The notes under the pieces were generated by a model, which saw nothing but the letters and a program-made list of their open reading frames with translations, did not search any database and had not been told where the DNA came from. From an uncultured cyanobacterium (lineage in GTDB: Bacteria; Cyanobacteriota; Cyanobacteriia; Cyanobacteriales; Cyanobacteriaceae), in NCBI GenBank assembly GCA_963749915.1, contig CAVVOP010000022.1:576001-640000 (forward strand): a stretch of 64,000 bases of DNA, read 5' to 3'. The position numbers and the translations under genes are program-made. This document shows, in pieces, positions 1-9,315 of the stretch (the first letter of the stretch is position 1; every line of letters begins with the position of its first letter).

Positions 1-110
1 TGAAAGTACACACTTTCATGCTTGGGGGTGAAATTTTTTTCATGACGACTAACTTGAAAGTGCCAACTTTCATCTCTGATGGTGAAAATTTTTTTTCATG
101 GAGACTGCCT
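1..110. repeat. Two tandem ~54-bp palindromic mini-repeat units (TGAAAGT-N4-ACTTTCA ... GTGAAA-Tn-TTCATG..GACT)
   Basis: Unit 1 (1-50) and unit 2 (51-106) share the same architecture. Unit 2 is near-identical to 38088-38147. Confidence 0.85.
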
Positions 111-160
111 CCTGCCTTACCACCGCCGACAATTATATTTTCCAAAACCCTCGCAGTATT

Positions 161-274
161 GCTTTTCGTCCTGAGGATCAAGTCTGCGTTCTCCGTAGTT
201 ATATTCCCCAAAGGGAAACATTAATTAAAGAGGCGGCAACTCCAGTTCAGAGAATGCAAAAAGCATTAATTCAA
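161..274 (+). pseudogene. IS110-family transposase internal fragment
   Basis: AFRPEDQVCVLRSYIPQRETLIKEAATPVQRMQKALIQ resembles the SFRP...LRSY.RQR..LI......QRMQKAL.QMN segment of cyanobacterial IS110 transposases. No N- or C-terminal parts are visible. Confidence 0.7.
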
Positions 275-802
275 TCTCCGAGCAGTATTGGAAGCTACTT
301 TATCATTTTTCAGCTTAGACCATCTAAATTAATTTTTGACCTCGGCAGTTACGTAAATATTTAGGATTAATTAAATTAAGTATTTTTACTGGTATTTTCA
401 CTTAATAATAATCAACTAAAGTTTACTTTTATTTTAGTTTCAATCTCTTCAAAATAGAGCATTAACCTTTGTTCGTGGAATCTCTATAATAATTCTAAAT
501 TAATTAGAATATCTGATCCGTATATACTCACTTATTAAGTAGGAATTAAGTTCAGTATATTCCTTTAATTAAAGGAATCCAGCATATTTAAAATTGATTA
601 AGTTAAGTGTTTTTACCGATTTTTTACTTAATAAAAATTAAACTAAAATTAACTTTTATTTCAAACTATTCAAAATAAAGGATTTCCATATAAAACAACG
701 TTTTTAACCCCCTGTTTTTACATGAAAAAATTATTTATTTCTAAAAAAAATAGATTAGAATAAAGTTAGGTAAAAAACTTTAGTTAGGAAAATATTTAAT
801 CT

Positions 803-3103
803 ATGGCTACTATTTCTTTAGACGTTACCACTACCCTAGACCAAAACGATGGTAGTGATTATCAAGGCTTATCTTTAAGAGATGCCATTTTACAAGCTAA
901 CGCTGATTCCAGTAATGAATACATTATCAATTTACCTGCAGGTATTTATGATTTAACTATCAAAAATGTGTTATTACCAACTACTGACTCTAGTGCTGAT
1001 TCTGATACGTTATTTCGTAGTCGTTTAACAACAGGGGATTTAGATATTACTGGTAACATTACTATTATCGGTGCTGATCCTGCCAATACCATTATCAATG
1101 CAGAAACTTTAACAGAGCCTCTTCCTCCTGTTATTGATCCAGATAATCCTTTTCCAGACGATCCTGTGGTACCAACAGAAACTATCGGCGATCGCATTTT
1201 TGATGTACTTTCCGCAACGACTTCAGGAAAACCCACGGATGGATCTTTAGTTGTCCAAAATGTAACCATAACAGGGGGAATTATTTCAGATGAAAACATT
1301 GAAACCATCTCCAACGGTGGTGCTTTAAATATTGAGTCAGGGGCAGAAGCCACTTTTATCAATAGTATTATTGCAAAGAGTAAAGTTACTGCGGGTCAAG
1401 GGGGTGGAATTAACAATGATGGAACTTTAACTTTAGATGGTAGTATTCTTGACGGTAATAACTCATCGGATAACGCTGGAGGTATTTACAATAGGGGCAC
1501 TTTAACTATTCGTGATAGTGCCATTATTAACAATTTAGCCGATGCAGCCGCCCCAGATATTATAGAAGGTGGAGGTGGTGGTGTTCTCAATGAGAATGGT
1601 GGAACCCTAATTATGGTTAATACTACAGTATCAGGTAACAGAAGTGCCTCCGAAAATGATACGAACCCTGACAATATTCCCAATGGTCCGGGAGATGGAG
1701 GCGGTGGTATATTATCCAGAGGAACCACCAGAATTATCAACTCTACCATTGTTAATAACTTTGCTCAAGTTGGCTCAGGTATTTATTCAGAAACCACTAC
1801 AGCGAATACTATTTTATATAATACGATCGTTGGTAATAATAGTGGTAGTCCCGACTTAGACGGCTTTTTTGATTCTCGCAGTGCATTTAACCTAGTAAGT
1901 AATGCGAATGGATCAATCTTGGATGCTAGTCAAGGGAATATTGTCGGTGGGGCCACAACTCCGAGAATAGATATATTAATTGGTCCTTTACAAGATAATG
2001 GTGGACCCACCCCAAACCACGCGTTATTGTCGGGTAGTCTAGCTATTAATGCGGGGGATAACAGTATGGTCGATTTTCCCGTCTTTTTCCCTGATAGTCC
2101 TGCTTTAGATCAAAGAGGTTCGGAACGTATCAGCGATGGAACTATTGACATTGGTGCTTATGAGGTTTTCGTTCAAGGAACTACTCCCATTACCACTCCC
2201 ACTAACCCCATTGACACCTCCACCACGGGAGTAAATGACACAGTTACCAATAGCGGATCTACTTCTACTACTGACTCCGATGACACCTCCACCACGGGAG
2301 TAAATGACACAGTTACCAATAGCGGATCTACTTCTACTACCGACTCCGATGATACCTCCACCACGGTAGTGAATGACACAGTTACCAATAGCGGATCTAC
2401 TTCTACTACTGACTCCGATGATACCTCCACCACGGTAGTAAATGACACACTTACCAATAGCGGATCTACTTCTACTACTGACTCCGATGATACCTCCACC
2501 ACGGGAGTGAATGACACACTTACCAATAGCGGATCCACTTCTACTACTAACTCCGATGATACCTCCACCACGGGAGTGAATGACACACTTACTAATTCTG
2601 TTCTTGGTATTTCTGACGGGGCGGTAGTTCTTAACCAAACCTCGGATAATAGTGATCCTCTATTAAATAGTCCTATCTTCCGCTTTCAAAATATCAGTGT
2701 ACCTGGTACTTATCTTTATGCTGGTGAGGAAGAATCTCAAAATATTCGCAGTCAATTTCCTAATTTTCAAGATGAAGGATTTGCATTCAACGTTGCACAA
2801 GCCCCCGCAGATGATTTAATTGCTATGTATCGTTTTCAAAATAGTTTAGTCCCTGGTACATATCTATTTGCCGCCGAAGAAGAAAGTATCAGTATTCGTG
2901 AAGACTTCCCGAACTTTGTTGAAGAAGGTATTGCCTTCTATGCTTATGGTGCAGATGCCGATAAAGGACAAGATATTTATCGCTTCCAAAGCGTAAATAA
3001 TCCCGGTACTTATTTATTTGCAGGAGAAGCAGAAAAGAATAGTATTTTAGCGAATTTCTCTTCTAGTTTCATTTTAGAAGGGGTTGCTTTTGAAGTTGGT
3101 TAA
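803..3103 (+). CDS. Large acidic surface/secreted protein: CSLREA-like N-terminus, GGAI/GGGI beta-helix repeats, choice-of-anchor Q-like motif, S/T/D tandem repeats, C-terminal triple YRFQN..PGTYLF repeat domain
   Basis: Motifs LSLRDAILQAN, NGGALN/GGGINN, GPLQDNGGPT...DQRG..R..DGTIDIGAYE and three (F/Y)RFQ(N/S)...PGTYL repeats. No Sec signal peptide is evident. Confidence 0.8.
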   Translation: MATISLDVTTTLDQNDGSDYQGLSLRDAILQANADSSNEYIINLPAGIYDLTIKNVLLPTTDSSADSDTLFRSRLTTGDLDITGNITIIGADPANTIINAETLTEPLPPVIDPDNPFPDDPVVPTETIGDRIFDVLSATTSGKPTDGSLVVQNVTITGGIISDENIETISNGGALNIESGAEATFINSIIAKSKVTAGQGGGINNDGTLTLDGSILDGNNSSDNAGGIYNRGTLTIRDSAIINNLADAAAPDIIEGGGGGVLNENGGTLIMVNTTVSGNRSASENDTNPDNIPNGPGDGGGGILSRGTTRIINSTIVNNFAQVGSGIYSETTTANTILYNTIVGNNSGSPDLDGFFDSRSAFNLVSNANGSILDASQGNIVGGATTPRIDILIGPLQDNGGPTPNHALLSGSLAINAGDNSMVDFPVFFPDSPALDQRGSERISDGTIDIGAYEVFVQGTTPITTPTNPIDTSTTGVNDTVTNSGSTSTTDSDDTSTTGVNDTVTNSGSTSTTDSDDTSTTVVNDTVTNSGSTSTTDSDDTSTTVVNDTLTNSGSTSTTDSDDTSTTGVNDTLTNSGSTSTTNSDDTSTTGVNDTLTNSVLGISDGAVVLNQTSDNSDPLLNSPIFRFQNISVPGTYLYAGEEESQNIRSQFPNFQDEGFAFNVAQAPADDLIAMYRFQNSLVPGTYLFAAEEESISIREDFPNFVEEGIAFYAYGADADKGQDIYRFQSVNNPGTYLFAGEAEKNSILANFSSSFILEGVAFEVG
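2213..2599 (+). repeat. 69-bp (23-aa) coding tandem repeat, about 5.6 copies
   Basis: DTSTTGVNDTVTNSGSTSTTDSD repeated with period 69 nt (tgacacctcc at 2212 and 2281). Confidence 0.95.
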
Positions 3104-3271
3104 TTTAAACCACTAGGCTTGTTCGCATCTAAATTTACTGATGGAGGAAGGGAACAGGGAATCAGGTAACAGGTAAGATATTCAATCTTATTTACTACTT
3201 TTAAACTCAGAACTATAATTTAGCTGATTTTATTCCCTTCTGCCTCCTCTTTTTATTTATGGTATAGGATG

Positions 3272-3937
3272 TTATAGCATGGGATGTCTCCCCAAAGAAG
3301 CTAAAGCGATGGCTTGAGTAATAATCTGGTGTTCTTGAATTTGAATGCGATGATGTAAGGTATCCAGGGTATCATCGGCTAAAATAGGTACGGCGGCTTG
3401 GATTAAAATAGGACCGCTATCTACTTCTAAATCCACTAAATGTACTGTACAACCCGTAATTTTAACCTTTGCTTTTAAGGCTTGTTCAATGGCATTAATA
3501 CCTTTAAAACTCGGTAATAAACTCGGATGTATATTAATTACTTTTTGGGGAAAAGCCGTTAATAAAACGTTGGTAATAATACGCATCCAACCAGCCATCA
3601 CAATCCACTCTACTTGGTGAGCTTTAAATACTTCCACAATAGCCTGATCTAACGCTTCTCGACTAGGGTAATCACGATGATTTAATAATACCGAAGGAAT
3701 ATTAAGTCTATCGGCCCTTTCTTTTACCTTAGCATGGGGATTGTTATAAACTAATACCGCAATTTTACCATTCAGTTTCCCTTCATTAATGCCTTGGGCG
3801 ATGGCCTCGAAATTACTACCACTACCCGAAGCCATTACACCCAATTTGATAGTTTGATTTAATCGTAATTGATCCCATGTCAAAGATGGTGAAACCATAG
3901 CAGAGGGAAGAGAATGATCCATAATTGAATAGTTCAT
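3272..3937 (-). CDS. purN: Phosphoribosylglycinamide formyltransferase
   Basis: ASGSGSNF, INIHPSLLP, TGCTVH, DSGPI motifs. Confidence 0.95.
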   Translation of the reverse strand: MNYSIMDHSLPSAMVSPSLTWDQLRLNQTIKLGVMASGSGSNFEAIAQGINEGKLNGKIAVLVYNNPHAKVKERADRLNIPSVLLNHRDYPSREALDQAIVEVFKAHQVEWIVMAGWMRIITNVLLTAFPQKVINIHPSLLPSFKGINAIEQALKAKVKITGCTVHLVDLEVDSGPILIQAAVPILADDTLDTLHHRIQIQEHQIITQAIALASLGRHPML

Positions 3938-3979
3938 TACAATAATATGGTGTTTAAATACTTTTTCAGCAAATTCTAA

Positions 3980-4732
3980 CTATTCATTGCTATAAAAATT
4001 TACCAAGGGTAACTTTTTATGTTTTAAATAATAACCTAATAAGATAAATAAAGCGATCGCTATCGTGCCTAAACCGATATAATTAGGTAGCCAAAAAATG
4101 GCAGTAATATCATTAATTTGTCCAGCTTCTAGTTGAATATTATATTGATTATCATCAGTTTTTTCCCACCTAGGAAACTCGTTGTCTTTGACTAATTTCG
4201 CCCCCCAAGGAAAATTAAACTGTATTTGTAAATCAATTAAATTTCCTGAAGAAATAACAATTGTGCCATCATTAGAAATTACGCCTAAAGGACGTAAATC
4301 AGCATTGAAATGAAGAGTATTTCTTTCTAAGAAAATTAAATTATTTTGTTGAATTGACATTTCTGCTTTTAATTCTAATAGATTACCAGAGTTATTTTTA
4401 GCAAGATTTTGTTGGGATTTTTTACTTAATTGAGGGACGAAAAATTGGTTGAATTTATCTACTAATTCTTGACCATTATTAAAGGGAATTGTCACAACTA
4501 ATTCTTCTTTAGAAAGGCGCTTTGTTTTTCCTTGTAATTTTACGGCTTGACGTTCAATATTATTTAACCAAGTATTCCCCTCTCCTTCGCTAAAACTGGT
4601 TAATTGTTCCCCTAGTTTAATATGCTGAATCAGCATACCACTATTAGCTTGAGGAAATGTAACTGCTACATCATAACGAACACAGCCTGTTAGACTGATT
4701 ATTAAACAAAGAAACAATAGTATTTTTTTCAT
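3980..4732 (-). CDS. DUF3153-like lipoprotein with C-terminal TM helix
   Basis: Lipobox LTGC followed by VRYDV; hydrophobic C-terminus. Confidence 0.7.
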   Translation of the reverse strand: MKKILLFLCLIISLTGCVRYDVAVTFPQANSGMLIQHIKLGEQLTSFSEGEGNTWLNNIERQAVKLQGKTKRLSKEELVVTIPFNNGQELVDKFNQFFVPQLSKKSQQNLAKNNSGNLLELKAEMSIQQNNLIFLERNTLHFNADLRPLGVISNDGTIVISSGNLIDLQIQFNFPWGAKLVKDNEFPRWEKTDDNQYNIQLEAGQINDITAIFWLPNYIGLGTIAIALFILLGYYLKHKKLPLVNFYSNE

Positions 4733-4943
4733 AGTTTTTAGTAAATATCAAATGATCCACCATCAATGTGGTCGCAATACACCCCACTAGCTTTAATCGT
4801 GCAATCTATTGCGAAGGGATTTGTAATCATAGAAAAAAGATGGTAGATTTTAAAACCAATTAAGAGAATCTCTATCCCCTGTTGCCCATTCCCATTGCCT
4901 ACGCTAACCAAATATACAATTAATTTTGCCTACTGAACTTACA

Positions 4944-5699
4944 TTAAAAAAGAGACTTTTCCGCCAAATCTACCACTACCCAGTCCAAAAAATCCACAGG
5001 GGCGGTAAATTCTATTTGTGCTTCAGGAGCAGGACTTTTATTAAGATCGATGGTTGTAACCTTCCCGATAGGTATATCTGGGGGGAAAATGCTACTAATA
5101 TTAGAAGTAGTGACAACATCGCCAATTTTTACGTCTCTTACTTTAGCATAAAATTCCATTAAGCCCATTTGAGTACCTTGTCCTTTGATAAAACCTTGAT
5201 AACCTGTTCGGCTAAGGGTTGCACCCACTCGACTATTATAATCGCTTACTAACAAAACTCGGCTTGTATTGGGGCTAACTTCCGTGATTTTACCTACTAA
5301 ACCGCCGACACTCATCACCACGTGATTGATTTTAATCCCTTTATTACTACCCACATCAATGGTAATTACCTGCCACCAAGCATCAGGACTTCTACCGATA
5401 ACCCTAGCAGTAATTAACGGATGTGGAGATTTTTCGACATATTTAACAATTTTTTTCAAGCTTTGATTTTGAGCCTCTAAAGCAACTATTTTATTACTTA
5501 ACTCTTGAATGGCAGGCTGTTCATATAAGCCTTGGCGATCAATTTGAGGATTAGATAACCAAGAAGGAGAAAGGTGATATAAAGTCTCAGAAATAAAAGC
5601 TCCCTGACTATAGTAAACCTGTAAAGCCACAAGAATACTCATTAGTCCGAAGACTAATTGAATTCCGTATTTTTGCCACCAGCGATAAAAAAATTTCAA
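4944..5699 (-). CDS. mreC: Rod shape-determining protein MreC (TTG start)
   Basis: N-terminal TM helix and coiled coil; ARVIGRSP, GLVGKI, GDVVTTS, FPPDIPIG motifs. Confidence 0.9.
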   Translation of the reverse strand: MKFFYRWWQKYGIQLVFGLMSILVALQVYYSQGAFISETLYHLSPSWLSNPQIDRQGLYEQPAIQELSNKIVALEAQNQSLKKIVKYVEKSPHPLITARVIGRSPDAWWQVITIDVGSNKGIKINHVVMSVGGLVGKITEVSPNTSRVLLVSDYNSRVGATLSRTGYQGFIKGQGTQMGLMEFYAKVRDVKIGDVVTTSNISSIFPPDIPIGKVTTIDLNKSPAPEAQIEFTAPVDFLDWVVVDLAEKSLF

Positions 5700-5808
5700 A
5701 GCTTTAAATCTAAAATAAGAAAATTAATTTGCTACTATTGATGGCTCATTGCTATCAATAATAAAATAAATATACACTTCCTTGTACACCTGTGTTCCCG
5801 TCCCTTCT

Positions 5809-6741
5809 CTAGCGATGGCGAGGGATTTGATAACGGAAAAAATCATAAGCTAAAACTGTTTGCGGAAAAATTGATTGTGCCTCCTTCAATAAATCACTCA
5901 TCTGTAGGGCATTTCCGGGGGCGTAACGGGGGCTAAAATGAGTCATGATTAATTGCTTTACCTGTGCCGCTAAAGCCACTTGTGCCGCCATAGTCGTGGT
6001 AGAGTGCATTTTTTCAAAGGCCATTTCTGCGTCTTGATGGGCAAAAGTAGCTTCGTGAATTAAAACATCAGCATTCTCCGCTAAAGCGATGGCATTTTCA
6101 CAAAAAACTGTGTCAGTACAATAAACAAACTTCCGACCGATTTCCGTTGGTCCACAAAATCGAGAGCCAACAAATTTCCGCCCATCTTCAAGGGTGATGG
6201 TTTCACCTGCTTTGAGTTTGCCATAAACAGGCCCAAAAGGGATACCCATTTTTTTCGCTTTTTCCACATCAAATTTACCTGGTTTATCCTTTTCCGTGAT
6301 GCGATAACCAAAAGCAGTTACACGATGTTTCAGCATTTCTGTGGTAACGATAAATTCTTCATCTTCGTAGATTAGACCAGGTTCAACAGTATTAATATTC
6401 ACACCATAGGGAAAATAAGTGTAAGAGTATTTCATACAAGCTTTTAAATAAGGTTCGATACCAGGAGGTCCATATACTTCAACATTTTCTGCATGAGCTC
6501 CTAAACCACAGCTAGCTAATAATCCCATTAAACCAAAGGTATGATCCCCATGCATATGGGTAACAAAAATTTTTTTAAGTTGAGAGGTTTTTAAATCACT
6601 GCGTAACAGTTGATGTTGAGTACCCTCTCCGCAATCAAATAACCAAATTTCTCCCCGTTGAGTTAGCCGTAAAGCCACGCTGGAAACATTTCTGGATCTA
6701 GTTGGTACCCCTGAACTTGTGCCTAAAAAAGTTACTTCCAC
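5809..6741 (-). CDS. rnz: Ribonuclease Z
   Basis: FLGTSSGVP, DCGEGTQ, THMHGDH, HEATF, THFSPRY. Confidence 0.95.
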   Translation of the reverse strand: MEVTFLGTSSGVPTRSRNVSSVALRLTQRGEIWLFDCGEGTQHQLLRSDLKTSQLKKIFVTHMHGDHTFGLMGLLASCGLGAHAENVEVYGPPGIEPYLKACMKYSYTYFPYGVNINTVEPGLIYEDEEFIVTTEMLKHRVTAFGYRITEKDKPGKFDVEKAKKMGIPFGPVYGKLKAGETITLEDGRKFVGSRFCGPTEIGRKFVYCTDTVFCENAIALAENADVLIHEATFAHQDAEMAFEKMHSTTTMAAQVALAAQVKQLIMTHFSPRYAPGNALQMSDLLKEAQSIFPQTVLAYDFFRYQIPRHR

Positions 6742-7018
6742 TTTTGATAATTATTATGGGTAAAATGTGATCTGCTTGGGTCTTATCCTCAATTTTAACT
6801 TAACTTAATGTCGAAAGAAGTCTCACAATGCTAATCCGCTCAATATAGCAATAAAATTACAGATAATACATTTATTCGTAATTTTTATGATTTAGTTTGT
6901 TAATGACTGATAAGTTTATTACATTTATTGTTATTTGATAGCATCAGCAATTGATTTTTTTAAACTTAATTACTAATATAAAAATAGACGGCTATCAAAG
7001 CTAAAAATCTTCTCGATA

Positions 7019-7465
7019 ATGAATAAAATTAATCTTACTTTTTGTTATTTTTGTTTACTGATTATCTCTCATCATTGGTTAACTTTAAGGGCTTTTGCTC
7101 AATCTAAAATATATAATCCCATACCGATACAAGAAAATGAACCTATCTCAGACAAACTCACCAGTGATGACATCCCAACGGGAGAAGGCGGTTTTGCGAG
7201 GGATTATGTTGTGAATCTACAAAAAGGTGATCAAATTGCCGTAGATTTGACTTCCGATGATTTTGACACGGTGGTGATTTTGATTAGTGAAGACGGTTCA
7301 ACCATAGCAGAAAATGATGATAGTCCTGATAGTGAAAGTAATTCTCTTTTATTTACCCGCATTGCGGAAAAAGGAAAATATATTATCAGAGTTAGGACTT
7401 TTGGTCCCACAGGAAATGGTAAGTTTACTCTTAAGTTAACCCGATTACAACCTATTGAACCCTAA
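7019..7465 (+). CDS. Secreted PPC (pre-peptidase C-terminal) domain protein
   Basis: Signal peptide ending AFA; DLTSDDFD...ENDD...GKYIIRV pattern. Confidence 0.75.
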   Translation: MNKINLTFCYFCLLIISHHWLTLRAFAQSKIYNPIPIQENEPISDKLTSDDIPTGEGGFARDYVVNLQKGDQIAVDLTSDDFDTVVILISEDGSTIAENDDSPDSESNSLLFTRIAEKGKYIIRVRTFGPTGNGKFTLKLTRLQPIEP

Positions 7466-7592
7466 TTTTCTGAAAATTATTATGATACTCGAACAATTAT
7501 TATCAAAAATCAACTTTTTTACGATGAAGTAAAAGAAATTTTCTGTTTATTATTTAAATTCTTTAAAAAGGTCATTTATTTTTATTTGGGGT

Positions 7593-7853
7593 TTACAATT
7601 CTTCAATAATTGTATCACTTTTCTTATTATTATATTTGTTATTTTTAGGCAGATTTTCATTAAATGAATTTACTAAAACTCGATTAATGGTCTTACGAGT
7701 ATTAAGGCTAAAATCACTTAACGGAGAAGGCAAAAAAAGATCGCCATAGGCAATAAATAGTATTATGTAAACGGGAAATAATTTGCTTAATTTTAAAGCT
7801 ATATTTCCTAGTAATCCCCAAAAACCATTGAAAAGTTTAATATTAAAATTCAT
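7593..7853 (-). CDS. Small cyanobacterial hypothetical membrane protein
   Basis: One TM helix and a YGDLFLPSPLS motif; co-oriented with the upstream gene. Confidence 0.55.
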   Translation of the reverse strand: MNFNIKLFNGFWGLLGNIALKLSKLFPVYIILFIAYGDLFLPSPLSDFSLNTRKTINRVLVNSFNENLPKNNKYNNKKSDTIIEEL

Positions 7854-7916
7854 TATCCTAGCCTTTATTCTTCAGGTTATTTTGACTAACTCCTCATTCT
7901 CTAATTTAACAAAAAG

Positions 7917-8363
7917 TTAAGATTTCACCTGTATTTGAGTAACATAATTTTTAAATCTATCTAAATCTTTTTGAATGGTAGATTCTACAATCTGACCTAA
8001 AAATAAATTATCCATTAGTTCACCCAGAATACCGGGTATGGCATAGGCGATCGTCAATTTTACAATACTACTCTGATGGCGATCATAGAAACGGACCGCA
8101 CCACGATTCGGCAAACCATCAACGGATTCCCACTGAATAATTTGATGCTTTTCTAATTTGACTATGCGAGATAACCAAGTAAATTGAAAACCGGCACTGG
8201 CTAATTTCCAACGAGACAAATCGGGATCGTCCGCCAAAATTTTGACTGAGTCAATCCATTTCATCCAGCGAGGCATCTGTTCTAAATCTGACCATAAATT
8301 CCAGACCAAATCAATCGGTGCATCAACTTCTACTTGTACACTATGTTCTAACCATTTACTCAT
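7917..8363 (-). CDS. SRPBCC/polyketide cyclase-dehydrase family protein
   Basis: EHSVQVEVDAPIDLVWNLWSDLEQMPRWM START-like fold signature. Confidence 0.85.
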   Translation of the reverse strand: MSKWLEHSVQVEVDAPIDLVWNLWSDLEQMPRWMKWIDSVKILADDPDLSRWKLASAGFQFTWLSRIVKLEKHQIIQWESVDGLPNRGAVRFYDRHQSSIVKLTIAYAIPGILGELMDNLFLGQIVESTIQKDLDRFKNYVTQIQVKS

Positions 8364-8462
8364 GGGAGGATCTTTGAACTCAATTCTTAAGATTCCTAGA
8401 TCATAACAGTTAATAATTAGTAATTAGCAAATATCTATGGAGGAAAAACCCTAACTGAGAAA

Positions 8463-8480
8463 AATGTAAATTATTGTAAA
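8463..8480. promoter_or_regulatory. HLR1 (RpaB-binding) direct repeat
   Basis: AATGTAAA-TT-ATTGTAAA is an exact reverse-complement match to (G/T)TTACA(T/A)(T/A)-N2-(G/T)TTACA(T/A)(T/A), in a divergent intergenic region. Confidence 0.65.
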
Positions 8481-8529
8481 GTTAGTTAAAATAGCAAATA
8501 TAATATTTGAAGAACAAAGAAATACCGCA

Positions 8530-8856
8530 ATGTCTCCATCTCAACCCACAGAAAAAGAAATATTAAAACAAGTATTAGAACCTTTATTACAAGACTTTGA
8601 GTATTGGTTTTCTCGATCCCATTCTTTGTTAGAATCAGAGAATATACCTTTTTTATCTGTAGAGGAACAAACAAAATTACTAGAAAGAATCAAACAAGCT
8701 GAAGGTGAAGTTAAAACCGCCATGATGCTTTTTAAGGTCACCGATAGTCGAGCGGGCATTGAGACTAAAGTATTAATGTCTTGGCATCAATTAGTGTCCG
8801 AATGTTGGGGAATCGCCCGAAAATGGCGATGGGAAAAGTCTCGGGAAGACCAATAA
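8530..8856 (+). CDS. DUF2605-like cyanobacterial protein
   Basis: LEPLLQDFEYWFSRS...WHQLVSECW conserved pattern. Confidence 0.75.
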   Translation: MSPSQPTEKEILKQVLEPLLQDFEYWFSRSHSLLESENIPFLSVEEQTKLLERIKQAEGEVKTAMMLFKVTDSRAGIETKVLMSWHQLVSECWGIARKWRWEKSREDQ

Positions 8857-8975
8857 TTTTTGATGAGGATTCTTTTACCGCCCATTTATCATCTTGTTTT
8901 CAATTTTTAAAAATTATCTTTATCTCACTTCGGTTTTTAAAAACTGCACCTTACTACAATCCTTTGGAGGTTAAA

Positions 8976-9290
8976 ATGCTACATTTACTTTATATTTTGG
9001 CTTTTACCGTTATTGCTTTTTTTGCTATCAGTAATTTAATTCGCAGTTTGATTACTATTAGCGGTGAATCCCGACGTGGATCGTGGAGTGATACCCCTAG
9101 ACCGATGCGATCGCCCTATAAAAGCACCTACCGACCTACTCACCCCGAATTATTCGACAATCAAGGCAATCCCATTAACGAACCTTTATTGGTAATTCGC
9201 TCAGTGTCTGTAGAAGATGCCCGTCAAAAACTAGATTCTATCTATGAGTCTTCTCCTAGTCAAACCAGACCCACAGAAGACGAAGTTTAA
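8976..9290 (+). CDS. DUF2973-like protein (start at ATG 8976, not 8781)
   Basis: GGAGG Shine-Dalgarno upstream; MLHLLYILAF TM helix; HPEL...EPLLV.RS.SVEDAR motif. Confidence 0.8.
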   Translation: MLHLLYILAFTVIAFFAISNLIRSLITISGESRRGSWSDTPRPMRSPYKSTYRPTHPELFDNQGNPINEPLLVIRSVSVEDARQKLDSIYESSPSQTRPTEDEV

Positions 9291-9315
9291 ATGGTAACAA
9301 GTTTTTAACAAAAAA

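Noticed and set aside
1..110. Possible end of a CRISPR array (units contain TTGAAAG)
   Set aside because: There are no unique spacers between constant repeats, the units are diverged along their whole length, a dispersed copy sits in a heptamer tract, and there are no cas genes in the window.
18..364. ORFs 18..224 and 98..364 as real genes
   Set aside because: They run through the repeat element and an IS110 fragment and give no coherent product.
2105..2638. Antisense repeat ORFs (177 aa and 137 aa)
   Set aside because: Shadows of the stop-free 69-bp tandem repeat in the sense gene.
8781..8975. 65-aa N-terminal extension of the DUF2973-like ORF
   Set aside because: It overlaps the upstream gene; a strong SD and family-like start are at 8976.
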